Shown piece by piece: positions 17,066 through 30,106 of a stretch of 64,000 bases of DNA. The position numbers were made by a program, and so were the translations under genes. Source of the stretch: the human T2T-CHM13v2.0 reference genome, Homo sapiens; the NCBI GenBank assembly GCA_009914755.4, contig CP068257.2, forward strand, positions 31,456,001 through 31,520,000, given 5' to 3'. Under the pieces are notes generated by a model, which worked only from the letters and a program-made list of their open reading frames with translations, did not search any database and was not told where the DNA came from. How positions within the stretch are numbered: position 1 is the stretch's first letter; the number at the start of each line of letters is the position of its first letter.

Positions 17066-19177
17066 CCTGGGGACAAGGAGTGTTCGAAAACCAGGCACCA
17101 AGTTGTCTGGGTTTATTCCCAAGAAGGTACACTCTGCTGAGCATGAATCTGATCGGGATTCTGATTTACAATTATCTGCCCACCCCTCAACTCTGCCAGC
17201 AACCCTAAAATGGTTCACTGCTTAGCGAGCACTCTCACTCTGTGCGGTACCTTTCATGACCTTCTCTGCTCTCTGTAAACCACTGCCCCTTACCTCCCTG
17301 TCACTCTCAGCAAATGACCTTTCTGCTGCTTAGTAGAGAAAATAGAAGGCTTCAGAGAAAAACAGCCTCAACGGCCTCATTTTCCCATCCCCAGCCCCCA
17401 GTACTTTCCTGCCTCTGCCCTAGCCTCTCCTGGGTCCCTCCATTTCCATAAGAATGGAATTTTCTCCTCCAGCCCAGGTCAAATGATGCCACCTGGTTGA
17501 GTCCTCAGCCCTCCCATTTCCTGAGGCACCTGCAAATCATCCTAGCTGTCTTCTCTGGCTTCAACATCTCCTGCTTTTGTGGAACCCTCCCCCATCATTG
17601 AAACACAGGCATTTTCTTCCACCTTAAAATCGGAAAAAAAAATAAAAAAATAAAAAAGCAAATGCTCTCCCTTCACCTCACTTCCACTTCCAGCAAGCAG
17701 CTTCCATCCTTCCCAGGCGAGCTTCTCCTTGTATTATCTGCACTTCCTGCCTCCATTTCCTCCCTGTCCACACAGTCCCCTCCACCTAAGTGGCCCACGT
17801 GCTTCCAAGCCGCAAAATCCAAGGGTCTTTCCAGCCTTCATCTTCCCCAGCAGAACTGGCCATTAATAACCCGCCCTGCCTAACTGTAATATTGTATGGT
17901 CTTGAATTCTGTGACTCCACGTTCTCCTGGTTTTCTTCCTACTTCTTTGGCTACATCTTCTCAGGCTTTTGTTCATAAGTTGATTCTCCACAGGGCATGT
18001 AAATATTAGAGCTCAGGATCCCTCCTTTTTCACTCTAGTTCTTTCTGGGCAGTCTCCCTGCTGGGGCTCAAACTGCAGTGTATGTGACCACCACTTGCAA
18101 ATGCTAATCTCCACCTTCAGAGATCAGGTATTCAACAACCTAGCCCACACCTGCTGGATGTTTTAAAGGCAGCTTATACTCAAAATATCCAAAACAAAGT
18201 TCAAGATCATTTATCCCACAAACCTGGGCCCTTTCCATCTTCCCCTGTTTCTGTGGACCAAACTACCACCCATCTAGCCAGCCAGGAAAGTCATCGCCAC
18301 AATCTCCCTCTCACTCCCATTGGATCAGATTCAAAATGATGTTGCCATTGCAGGAAAGCCTCATTCTGTTTTTCTTTGTTTTGAAGAGTAGAAATGATGC
18401 TATGGGTATCTTGAGGCTTAAGAAATCCAGTAGAGAATGGAGTCTGAATTTTTAATAAAATGTTTCCCATTTCTGTGATTAGGATTCTTTTAGGGCCATT
18501 ATCCAACGATCTATCTTGATTTACCTGGTGGCTGGAAACTCCAGGATTTATGATATTTCTTGGATCTTGATTTCACAAGAAAAGATAATTCATGGAAAAC
18601 CCTTAAATCACTGTCAGACTCAGAATGCCTGCCATCCTTTCACGGTATAACCAACTGACTTACAACCTCTGTAAATAAAACCACATAATGGTTACAAAAT
18701 TTTAAAAAGGAGTTTTGGGGGGTGAGAAAATGACAAAGAGATACATGAAATTGAATTCCTAAGGAAGAATACAATTTCAAAATTGTGATTTAAATAGATC
18801 TGAAAATGTTGGCGTTATTGTCATAGGTTTTTAAAAAAATCTATCTGAAAAGGTGTCACCAGAGAGAAGAGCAAGAAAAAGATATGATCAGGCCTGATTA
18901 TAGATAGATACAGAATAATGTATATGTTGGCTTAATTCTAAATGGGATAATAAAATAAAATTTACACTTCTAATTTTGTGTCTCATGCATTACACATAGT
19001 AAAGAAATATTGGTCTACTTTTTCCAAATAATGGTAATAGTCCAATTCTGTGCTAGGTTGTTCTTTATTGGGTCTATTGATCTCAAGTGGCTCTGGCCTA
19101 AAGACTGTGATCACTCTCTGTTCTATCTGGATGCAAGTGCTGAGTTCCTTAGTCTGTTGATCAAAGAATTTCAAGGA

Positions 19178-19596
<419 letters not shown>

Positions 19597-19967
19597 CTAC
19601 AACACAGAAATAGCCAACATGCAAGTATCAACCCCAAATGGCAATCTAGAGTTCCATCACCTCAAGATTCTTTCTTTTTAAAAGGGAAGTGGTATGGAGT
19701 AGGAAGTTTGGGATAATTGTTTTCAAATTTCATTTTCACCCCTTACTAGCCATGTGTTGGGCAAGTTACTGAATCTCTCTGAATTTTCAGTTTTGTGTCT
19801 GTAAAATGGTAATAATCAACCTATATTATAGGTATATTGTTAGGATTACAGGGCATCATATACAAAAAGTACTCGACATAGTGTCAATATTCAAGAAACC
19901 TTAGTTTCCTTTTATTTTACTTTGATTATAGTATTTGAACTTTAATGATTACCCTTTTTGTAAACTT

Positions 19968-20096
19968 TTTTTTCTCTTTTTTTTTAATGAGATGGGTTTC
20001 ATTCTGTTGCCTAGGCTGGTCTTGAACTCCTGGGCTCAAGAGATCTTCCCACCTCAGCCTCCTGAGGGATTGCAGGCATACACCACTGCACCCAGC
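19968..20096 (-). mobile_element. Free left Alu monomer (FLAM-like), about 125 bp
   Basis: TTTTTTTAATGAGATGGGTTTCATTCTGTTGCCTAGGCTGGTCTTGAACTCCTGGGCTCAAGAGATCTTCCCACCTCAGCCTCCTGAGGGATTGCAGGCATACACCACTGCACCCAGC with no second monomer. Confidence 0.8.
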
Positions 20097-21211
20097 TTTC
20101 TGGGTACAGTGTACTTAAACATTTTAAGTATGTTATTGACACTTTGCTAGGAAATGCCCATCATGAAAGAATCGTGAAAACTTCTATCATGTGTATGAAA
20201 CTTTTGCATGTTCACGGCATTTCACAACAGTAACACTCCTCTTCCTTGAAGTCCCATGGGTTTTCTGTAATCCCTGCTGGCTTTATAGTTGAGTTCACCG
20301 AGGCACAAAATAACCCATAAAGTACCATTAACAACAGAACAGCCACCATGCAGCAAAGCAATCCAGTGAGCCAAATTCCTTTGCCAGAATATCTATGCAC
20401 CAGCCCTAAGCCTGAGCCAACAAAATCCAGGTGAATGCAACACTAGATCCCAAAAATGGTTTTTGGTTTTGGCAATAAGAGTGGCGCGTCTTCATAGTTT
20501 GACCAATATTTATTTTGGTCCTACTATGGCCCAAGAGCTGTAGCAATGAGTAAAGAAGGCATGTTTCACTGGATTTCTATGCAATCATGGCTGTGTAGGA
20601 GTAGGACTAGAATGATGAGCACATAACAGGAAGATTTGACGTGGTCTGGGAGGTCTGGAGCTGCTGCCATGGGGGGGAACCATTGTCTAACATAAATGCT
20701 AAACAATGAGCATGTTATCAGTTAGATGAAGCGTGTATGCATCCCATGGTGTGGCTAGAACCCCATGGAGTTCTAGAAGAAGCTGGTGAGGGAGTCCAGG
20801 CCACAGGGTGCAGGACCTAGTTAAGGATGTGCCTCTATCCCAATACCTAGGGGCCCACAATGAGTTGATGCATCCGACTACACTGGTCATGGGAACAGCA
20901 ACTTGCTCCCCTCCCCCATAAAGAACATTCTAGCTAGCACAAGGTTATTTTAGTAAATGGCTGCCCTGCTTAGATGAGCCACTAGTCAAAAAATTCCATT
21001 TTATTAATCTGTAAGTGTAAGCCTAAAGTTAAACCTGCTTCTCAGATGTTTAATGTCGAGTGACACCCTAAATGTCATGCCAGGCTGGCTGTGGAGAGCT
21101 GGTTCATTAGGATACCAGGAGGGCTTCTAAAACTCGGATGCCCAGACCTCATCCTAGATCAATTAAATCACACTCCTGGGGGAGTGGGACCCGGCATCAA
21201 TATATTTCTTT

Positions 21212-21653
<442 letters not shown>

Positions 21654-21829
21654 TGAAACGGATTCGGGACTTTCTTTTAGCTTAAGATGAGAGTAGATAG
21701 TGGAAGAGGAGCCTGTCCAAATACCATCTGCAGACGAAGGAGCGTCTACAAAACACACGAGGGACCTAGAAACCAACAGACCCATCCCATCTCTCTCAGG
21801 TTCAGCAATTCTTTCCTTCCTCGGAGGGC

Positions 21830-22420
21830 GTTTCTGATAGGACAAGCTGGGCCCGGGCGGATTCTCACCCCACCACCCCAACTCCAGGCTTGGGTCCATC
21901 TGCCGCCAGTGGTGACTTGGGTGGCGCCCTCCGCAGCAGACAGCCGTGCGCCCTCGGCGACCCGGTCCCTGCGCTCCGGCGCCCGCAGGTCCTCGCTCCC
22001 GGCTTCTGCACCTCCCGCTCCGGGACATCTGGCTGAGCCGCGCCTCCCTCTCCCCGCAGCCTCCGCCGGCCCCGCCTCCCCTCACCACCCTTCCCTTGTT
22101 TGGGGCGGTAAGGTCAGAAGCGTTCAACAATTCAACGTGGGAAGTCTCTCGGAGGAAGTGCCAGGTCATAAATTTCACCCAACAAGAGGCTCCCATCAAG
22201 CTTGGGCTTGTTAGGAAACCTCCCAGTCGCTAATCGAGGGTTAGGCAGCTCCAGGGCGGGTGGGCTACGGGGCAGCCAGGGAGCAAGGATGAGGGCCTGG
22301 GGCTGCGGGTGCAGAGGGTTGTTGGGGTCCAGGTGTTCAGTGCCTTGCGCGCGTGGCTGTCGCTCTGCCCCTCTGGTATTGCCCGGCTGTATCACAACCC
22401 TTAGATGTGTCCAAACGGTC
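21830..22420. promoter_or_regulatory. CpG island (about 0.6 kb, GC-rich, more than 40 CpGs). Putative promoter with Sp1-type GC boxes and a splice-donor-like GCG|GTAAGG at about 22094-22102.
   Basis: Dense CpGs: ccgtgcgccctcggcgacccggtccctgcgctccggcgcccgcaggtcctcgctcccggcttctgcacctcccgctccggg...ccgcgcctccctctccccgcagcctccgccggccccgcctcccc...ggggcggtaaggtc. The GC box is GGGGCGGGGC on the minus strand. The only Alu-free GC island in the window. Confidence 0.6.
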
Positions 22421-22654
22421 CTTGTGTGTATAAGACACACACCCACGCACATTTGGGAGAAGGGGGTAGTCAGTGTCTCTTTACATTGCAGCGGTACGTT
22501 AAACCCCGTCTGGGTTATTTTAAGCCTGAAGTTCATGAAAGGAAACATTTGAGTAAGTTAAGGCTGTGTTGAATGCCGCGTTCCTTATGACCTTGCCATC
22601 TGAATGTGATGGTGGTTCCCAGAAGAAACAAACAGGCAAGAGGTTAAAGACAGA

Positions 22655-22730
22655 GTTCTAGACCCAGCCCTTGCTGTGTGACCCTGAGTGAGTCACTGTA
22701 TGTCTCTGAGCCCCATTTCCCGCCGCGGAG
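22655..22730 (+). mobile_element. MIR (SINE/MIR) core fragment
   Basis: CCCTTGCTGTGTGACCCTGAGTGAGTCACTGTATGTCTCTGAGCCCCATTTCC matches the MIR core ..AGCTGTGTGACCTTGGGCAAGTTACTTAACCTCTCTGTGCCTCAGTTTCC. Confidence 0.6.
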
Positions 22731-23109
22731 TGAGGGAATTGGAGGGTCGGTGGGCGTGAGGCAGCTCTAAGTCCCCCTGGGCTCTAACGGCCTCTGGTCT
22801 TTGCCCCTCCTCCCTCTCCCTGCAGTACTAACAAGGTGAAAGAAGGGTCTTATCGAATTCAGCCTTTGTCCTGCTGCCATTTGTCATGGGAAATCTTTCC
22901 AGGGACTGGCACTCTGACTTGGTTGGAAAGCCAAGGGTATTGAGCCCACATCAATAGAAGGAAGGTTTGCAAGCCAAGTCTACACCTGCCCTCTGCCGTG
23001 CCCAACAGAGGGGAGACAGTCTGGGGATTATTTACCCCTGGAACTTTTGCTGCAATAAATAAAGCAATGCTGGAGGCTTGAAGGAGTTTAAAGACTAACA
23101 GGGGAGATA

Positions 23110-23310
23110 ATAATTGTTACTATGCACCAGGCAGGGTTCTAAGTCCTTTGCATAAATTAACCCACTTAAGCCTCCCAACAGCTCCCTGAGGTTGGATACT
23201 ATTAGCCCATTTTTACAGGTGGGTAAACTGAGGTACGGGGGGTTAAATAATTTGCCTAAGATCATACTACAGGGAAGCAGTAGAGAGGAGACTCGAACCC
23301 CTGAAAACAC
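23110..23310 (-). mobile_element. MIR (SINE/MIR), about 200 bp
   Basis: ..CACCAGGCAGGGTTCTAAGTCCTTTGCATAAATTAACCCACTTAAGCCTCCCAACAGCTCCCTGAGGTTGGATACTATTAGCCCATTTTTACAGGTGGGTAAACTGAGGTACGGGGGGTTAAATAATTTGCCTAAGATCATACTACAGGGAAGCAGTAGAGAGGAGACTCGAACC is the reverse complement of the MIR consensus. Confidence 0.75.
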
Positions 23311-25802
23311 AAAGAGCAGCCCTGGGCCCTCGGCAAAGACGACGCTTCCTATCCCGGGGACAGAGGGAGACAAGTCCAGGCATCCCAGAGAGCAGGAATC
23401 CCAGAGCAAAGGCCAGGAGTGGGACCACAGGCAGAGTAAGGGGCCCAGGTGGCTGGTGCACCCGCCTGAGGATCGGATGTCTCTCTGGGGCATTGTGTCT
23501 ACTTAAAGCGCTTGGCTCAGGTTTTCCATCAGGCCCAGAAGAGCCATTTTGGGGCAGCACAGAGACCTCAGAGGAATGAGCTCAACTGAGCGGCTGTAGT
23601 TTGCAAAAGCTGCCGACCAGACAAGCTTCACCCTTCAGACCAAAAAGAAAAATCCCCTCTGGAGCCTGAATTGTTCGGCAAAAAAGATAAACGTAGAAGC
23701 CAGTCCCAGATCTTAGAGCACCTCAATGGGACATGTGGATCATTTTCTGTAGTTAACAAGGAACCCTTAAAAGAATAAGCCATTCTTGTTACGGCTTTTG
23801 AATTGTGATGGCTTTTGCCTGCAATATCTGTATGTTTATGGCAAAATCATTATTTTGAGATGAACTATCTGGATAACTGTCGGAGAGAAACTGCAGGCTG
23901 CATTTCACCACTGATGCTCTGTTTTATGCATGTGTTGCATGTATTCCCACCAGTTGGTGGTAAACTTTTGCATTTTTCAAGCCTGTCAGAGGACCGACCC
24001 ACTTTCTGTGCAGTGTCAGAAGCTCAAGAGAGAAGCCAGAAGAAAAAGACACAGTAGCCTGTAGCCTTCGGTGCACATCTGCAAAGAATGCATGCCTATT
24101 GCCACTATTGCATTCTGTCCGGGGCTCTATCATTCATCTTCTAAGCCAAACTTCTGCCAAGTCCTCTCATTTGTCCATCGAACATTTCCGTACCGGCTGT
24201 TTTTCCATCTTACCTCGCCAAAGTTGTTTATATTCTCCCTGAGTGACAGAGCAAACAAAAGCTGGGCAAAAGCAAACAAATAGGGTCTTCTGATAATTGA
24301 ACCACTTTTGAATCTTTCATTGACAACATCTCCACACCGAAGAACACCTGCCATAGGTATCAAGCATAAATGCTTCTTCATCAATGGTTGCTTGCATCGA
24401 AAAGGGCTCAGAAAGATAGGACTCCTGACTGTTCCCTCAGAAAACGTTTGTGTTTCAGCTCATCTGGGATTGGAGAGCCCATTTCTTCCTGATGTGTGTC
24501 ACTTGGAGGCCTCCAACCTGCAAACATCAGGATGGCTGCTTCCCTGCAAAATTAGGCAGCTGCAGGTTGACTTGAGTCTGTGTCTCCCGATCCAGAATGT
24601 GGGACGATGCAATTGAATAAGTGTGGGATGCTTTCTTCATAGCATAATGCTACACGATGACTTCCTACAGACACACACACTGAGAGAGACCAAGGGAGGA
24701 TAAATTTGGGATAAAAATGCCACAATCTCATGGCCTCAACACCAAACTGGTGCTGATCCAATTCTTCCCGAAATGAAATGTGATGTTTCTGAATTCCTTC
24801 TGGCTGCCGCTGAAAGCCCCCACTTTTCCTGGTGACTGTGGGAGGCTGCGATGTGGTGGGGGTGGGGCACGGAGTACTGGGCGCTAAGCTCTCTCCTGGC
24901 TTCACATAAAGGAAGCAAAATCAAAATCCAAGCCTGAAAAAAAAGAAAAAAAGAAAACTAAATTTAATTGGCTAGGAAACAGGATTCCTGGGGCCTCTGC
25001 TTTCCCAGCTTCCAGAGAAGGATTTAGGCTGGGACACTTCCCCGCCCTCAGGACAAAAAGAAAAAAAAAAAAGGATTAAATTCGGGTTGGGTCTGGCTAG
25101 TACAAATTGCATGCAGAGTATACAGTTGCTTTGCATATTGCATGTGCTTTCATGGAGAGGGAAAACGGGGGAAGAGGGAGGGCAGGGACACTAAAGAGGG
25201 GAAAAAACTAAAAACAACTTGCTGTTTTCATATGGTCGGATAGAACTGTTTTGTCTTTGTAACTGTGCAGAATGTCAATGGTAGGCACCGTGTCGTGACA
25301 AGATTTTTTTTTTTTAAGTTAAGCTAAGCTCACACCCGAGCTGTAGCCCCCCGAGGTACTGCAGCTTTAATTGTGTTCAGTATGATCTACAGAACAATAT
25401 GTCTTGATAAATCTGAATGGCAACCCAGCGCACGGTTCCCCTTGGCATTGCTGCAAAGCCAGGCCTCGCTTTAGTGAACCCGTTCAGGAATGTGGGTTAA
25501 TTCGCCGACCCTTTTTACCCCCACAGCTCTGTTTTTGTGAGGTTGGCAGAAACTGACACGTTTTCTTTTGCTTAATTAAGTTGTTCAGTAGAAGGCTGGT
25601 CAAACAGTTGCATCTACGTGGGGAGTCTGGAGATGCACAGAAAGCCGTGGGCGTTTCCAACATAAAAAGGGGGATTCTGTTATTGTTTGGGTGTAGACGG
25701 GTCATTTTTTCAAAGTTACTGCTGCCTGAGTGACCACAACCCTGTGCGCAGCCCTGAAAGGACATTAAAGCTGCTTAAATACAACTACCTTCGGTTTACT
25801 TT

Positions 25803-25825
25803 TTAAAAGAGAGAGAGAGAGAAAG
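25803..25825. repeat. (GA)n microsatellite
   Basis: aaagagagagagagagaaagaggga. Confidence 0.85.
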
Positions 25826-27020
25826 AGGGAAAGAACAAGCAGGAGAGAAACGAAGCGGTCCCATTTATGTAGCATTTTATTTCTTTCCGGACTTTTTTTT
25901 TTTTTTTAAGGCAAAGAGTGGGCTCATTTGCATAAGAGATGCCCATACATTATGAATTACTGCTAGTATGATCAAACTCTCTTTCCAATCAGTAAAACAA
26001 AACTGGTACCATACCCATAGAAATTGCACTGGCCTTCTGAACAGAGGAGTGGGATCTAATCACCCTTATGCCAGACATTGGGGTTAGGAAAATGTCTAAA
26101 ATCTCCATTGATGAAATTCCCGCTTTCGTTCCTTGGTGATATTATGACAACCACACACAGTATCAGTCTCATGGATTCTCAAAGGAACTGAGGGCCTGAT
26201 TGGAGGCCTCCTCCATCACGTCTCTGTCCCTTTTTGAAGCCTCCTATATTTCTAATTCAAATCACCTTTATCATTGATATGCAGATCCCCCCGATTTTCT
26301 GTGGATATTTGGTCCCAGCAAGAGTTTTTCTCATTGCACGTACTGTGTGATATATTTAACCGGAGGCAGGTGGAGGCACTGGCACCTGGGCTTTGGGATC
26401 CTAGTGCTAACAATGAATGGCCTTGGTCTACTGTATGCCCTGAGTTGTTTCTATTGATGCCACTGTGCCTCAGTTTATCCATAACAGCAGATGCTCATTG
26501 TGGGTACTTAACAGGCACCTAATACATACATTTCTGAGTTTAAGCTGCCCTCTTTCTCCCTTGGCAATAAAGCAATAATTAGAAAACTCACTGATTCCGC
26601 AGCACCTGGCACCGTCACTGTGCTGATAATCAACACCATGATTTTCAGCAGTTATGAAGCCCGGGTGCCCATTGGTGAAGCATCAGGCTTGCAGGGCTGC
26701 TCAAGGGATGTTTGTACATACTTGGTCTTGCAGAGAGCCATTATGCCTGTTTGGAAGCCAGGCACTCCAATTTTCCCCCAGGTCCCAGAACTGCAGCTTT
26801 TGGAAAGCCCAAAGATCAGCCTCTTCCTTCTAGAGAGAGAAAAGACTGCAGGGTCAAACATTTCAAGAGACTTCACCATGATTTTTCACTTCTCTTAATA
26901 TACAAGAAACAGTAGGCAATTATTTGACTGATGTTAGTTGCATGAATGGCAAAATGATTCTCAGGCCAAAGAACAATCCATTTTGGAGTATAAATGACTT
27001 GGATCAGCAGTCTACACTGA

Positions 27021-27320
<300 letters not shown>

Positions 27321-28482
27321 CGGTTTTTCATTACAAGCAATACCTGCTTACTCCTCAGATTTTGCCAGAGTTGATTATAGATTTATACTCAAGACACCAA
27401 GCTCCTATATTTAGGTTGTGTATATTCAGGTTCCCAAAAATACACAAGAAGTTGCCCAGATTTCAAGGCGCTTCCAACCTCTAAGTAGAGAGGATGGGGA
27501 GATTTCGAAGACCTGTTTTGCACAACCATTCCCAGATGACTTATTACTCTGAAGAACCAACGCCTGGCTGCACAAAGAAATGCAAAATGCTTCCCCCGGT
27601 TCTGGTGGTCGATGTTTAAGGACCACACAGGACACCAGTCTGCAGTGTCCCTATCTTACTTCTCCCTCACTGATGGCTCGAGGAAGACCCCAGAATCTGG
27701 GTCCGGTCCACCGATCTTCACGGTCTTAGAGCCACGATACTTAGGTCACCTGCCTTACTTTCAAAAAGGCCAAACTCAAAACTACACACAAGTCTCACAT
27801 ACACTTTTAAATCGCAGCTGACGGGCTGGTCTTAGCACCTCTTAAAGAGAGAAGTTGTGGGAAGTGAGAGAAGGCCTAAGCAGATGGGAGCCGAGATGGC
27901 CGGGCGGCAAGTGGCTGCCGGAGTCGTGCCACCTGGCTGTCTTCCCACAGTCTGGAGGGGGTGTGTGTGGCTGGCAGTTCCATTCCTGCTTGAGGTGGCG
28001 GGCCCTCTCCCCCTTTCCAATTCCCTGACAGCCCGGGCAGATTTTCCTTTGGCTTTTGAAAATCCAGGACATATTATTCCTCAAAGTCGCCAAGTTCCAG
28101 CTGCTAGAGAGAGCCAGCCTTTCGCTCTGTTGCCCCACCATCGAGCCTACATCTTTACACCCAGGGAAACAGAAGGCCTTCCTCCATGCGGGCAAGCCCA
28201 CAAGAGTTCGGATGCTGCCGCTCGGGTCCTGCAGACAGAGGGGAGGATTCACAAGGGCTGGCCAGGAGCCATCCCACTAGCCCTGGCACTTGCAGCTCCA
28301 CATGGAGCTCTGCGGCTCTTCAGGACAAAGAGGAGTGTTTTTATCAGCCCAACGTTCTGCTGACAAATGCATAATAAACTGACAGAAAGCGACCAAGCAG
28401 CATTTCAAAACCCCCAGTTACAGGGGAGGCCAAGCCTGAGTGGAGATGGTCACTTTCTGCAGGTGTTCGGCCAGTGTCCCTG

Positions 28483-28500
28483 CATTTGCATGCATTTGCA
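28483..28500. promoter_or_regulatory. Tandem POU octamer motifs (ATTTGCAT x2, direct, 1-bp spacer)
   Basis: tgcATTTGCATgcATTTGCATatac read directly. Surrounding sequence is unique and non-repetitive. Confidence 0.3.
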
Positions 28501-28827
28501 TATACTGTCAAACAGTTGGCTGACAGAAAGTCTGAGGAGGTCTGGACACAGCCCAAACCTGTCAGTGGCTTTCTCCTTGCCAGTCAAGGTTGGCTGTGGC
28601 TGCAATTAAGGCAGGAAACGAATACTTCTGACATTGCAATATACCCAGCCACAGCTGGGCGAAGTTAAATGGAAAAGTGTGCTTTATTTAGAAAGACAAG
28701 ATGCATGCTGGAAAAAAAAAGATGGGGAAGGCCAAGAGTGGTAAATGCTCAGAAAGTGACACTCTACACTCATTCTGCAAAAGGAAACAAATATTTTTCA
28801 GTCCTTCCAGGTTGCTGTGCTGTGGTG

Positions 28828-28858
28828 TTATTTGTTGTTGTTGTTTTGTTGTTGTTTG
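28828..28858. repeat. (TTG)n/(TTGTT)n microsatellite
   Basis: ttgttgttgttgttttgttgttgttt. Confidence 0.85.
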
Positions 28859-30053
28859 GGGTGAGTGAGCAGATTTCCCCACTGAGTGAGGCCAATTCAG
28901 CATGTGAGAGGAGCTTGCCAGACACTACACCTTTTATCTTCAGAGTATCATCTCAGGAAGCAGGGAGGAAGCTCATCCCCAAACCGCATTTCCGTGACAC
29001 ACGTGCTACCCCATAAGGCTCCACTGTTCTGTTCAGTGTTGGCAAATAGGTAGCCATGGCTTGGAGGGGGTGAGAAAATTGGAGGGGGCCGAGCACAAGC
29101 GTCACGTTGTCCCCCCACCACCCCGCACAAGGGTTACAGCTCATATTAGCATATGGATTGCCATGGGAAAGAAACAAAATCAGAGCCTTCACTACTGTAA
29201 GAGTGAATGGCCTCAAGAGATGGAGGGGGCGGGGAAGGAAGAAAGCCAAAGAGAAAGGTTGTTGTTGTTCTTGCTGTTTTTAAGAACACATGAGATTTAT
29301 ATTTTTGGAGGCCTGTGTCCTTCTGAGATGTTGTTTTACAGATTCTTTAAGCGAGACCTAACAATTTATTAAATACTTCATCTCTAAACAGTGGTGGGCA
29401 CTAGAGTTTCATGAGCAGCAAACAATAGATTCTGTTTATTCGCCAACAATACAGACACTGTTTAGCTCCGGACTGCAAGTGGCTGAGCCATCTGGCTCAT
29501 ATCTCCACAGTAAAACATTGTCCGTGACACAAAAAATGACTACATCCCCAGGACAAACTAGTGTGACCTCTAAATAAAGCCTTCCTCTGAAGCTATGATA
29601 TCACACTGCACAGGGGACACCAGCACAATTGAATCTGGTCACCAAAAGCCCAAGTGAGATAGGACTATGTAAATGGAATTTTATAGGAGACTTTTTGTCC
29701 TCCGTGGCAAACCATCCAGATCCGTCCACAGCACTGAAACATCTTTTTCATTCACCCCTGGGACAACAGTGTGGTTCTATTTGGCGATTGGCAGTCCTCT
29801 TTCTCCCGCGCCCTACCCAGGAAGCACACGTCCGTGTTCCCGAGGCAGCACCTGCAGCCTTTGCTTCCAACAACTTTTCACTGATGGGGGCCCCACCTGC
29901 ACCAGCCTTTTTGCTGATATTTCAGAAACAAGCGGCCCTTTCTCCTCCCTGCCAGGGAGAAGGCCCAAGTTTGCCAGCTTCTTCACAAATAGCCAAACAA
30001 GTCACTCTCAGCCTTGCGCCACCTGAATGCCCGCTTCACGAGGCAAACAAGTA

Positions 30054-30106
30054 TACACACACACACACAGACATACACACACAGACACACACACACACTC
30101 CAGCAC
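30054..30106. repeat. Imperfect (CA)n microsatellite
   Basis: tatacacacacacacacagacatacacacacagacacacacacacac. Confidence 0.9.

Noticed and set aside
27860-27910. GGGAGCCGAGATGGCCGGGCGGCAAGTGGCTGCC, which superficially resembles an SVA or Alu 5' end
   Set aside because: No continuation into Alu-like or SVA hexamer/VNTR structure follows. It is an isolated GC-rich motif.
27842-28374. 168-aa plus-strand and 136-aa minus-strand overlapping ORFs in unique sequence
   Set aside because: There are no splice-consistent boundaries, no recognisable domain and no codon-usage periodicity visible. The mutually overlapping antisense ORFs in moderately GC-rich DNA are most likely chance.
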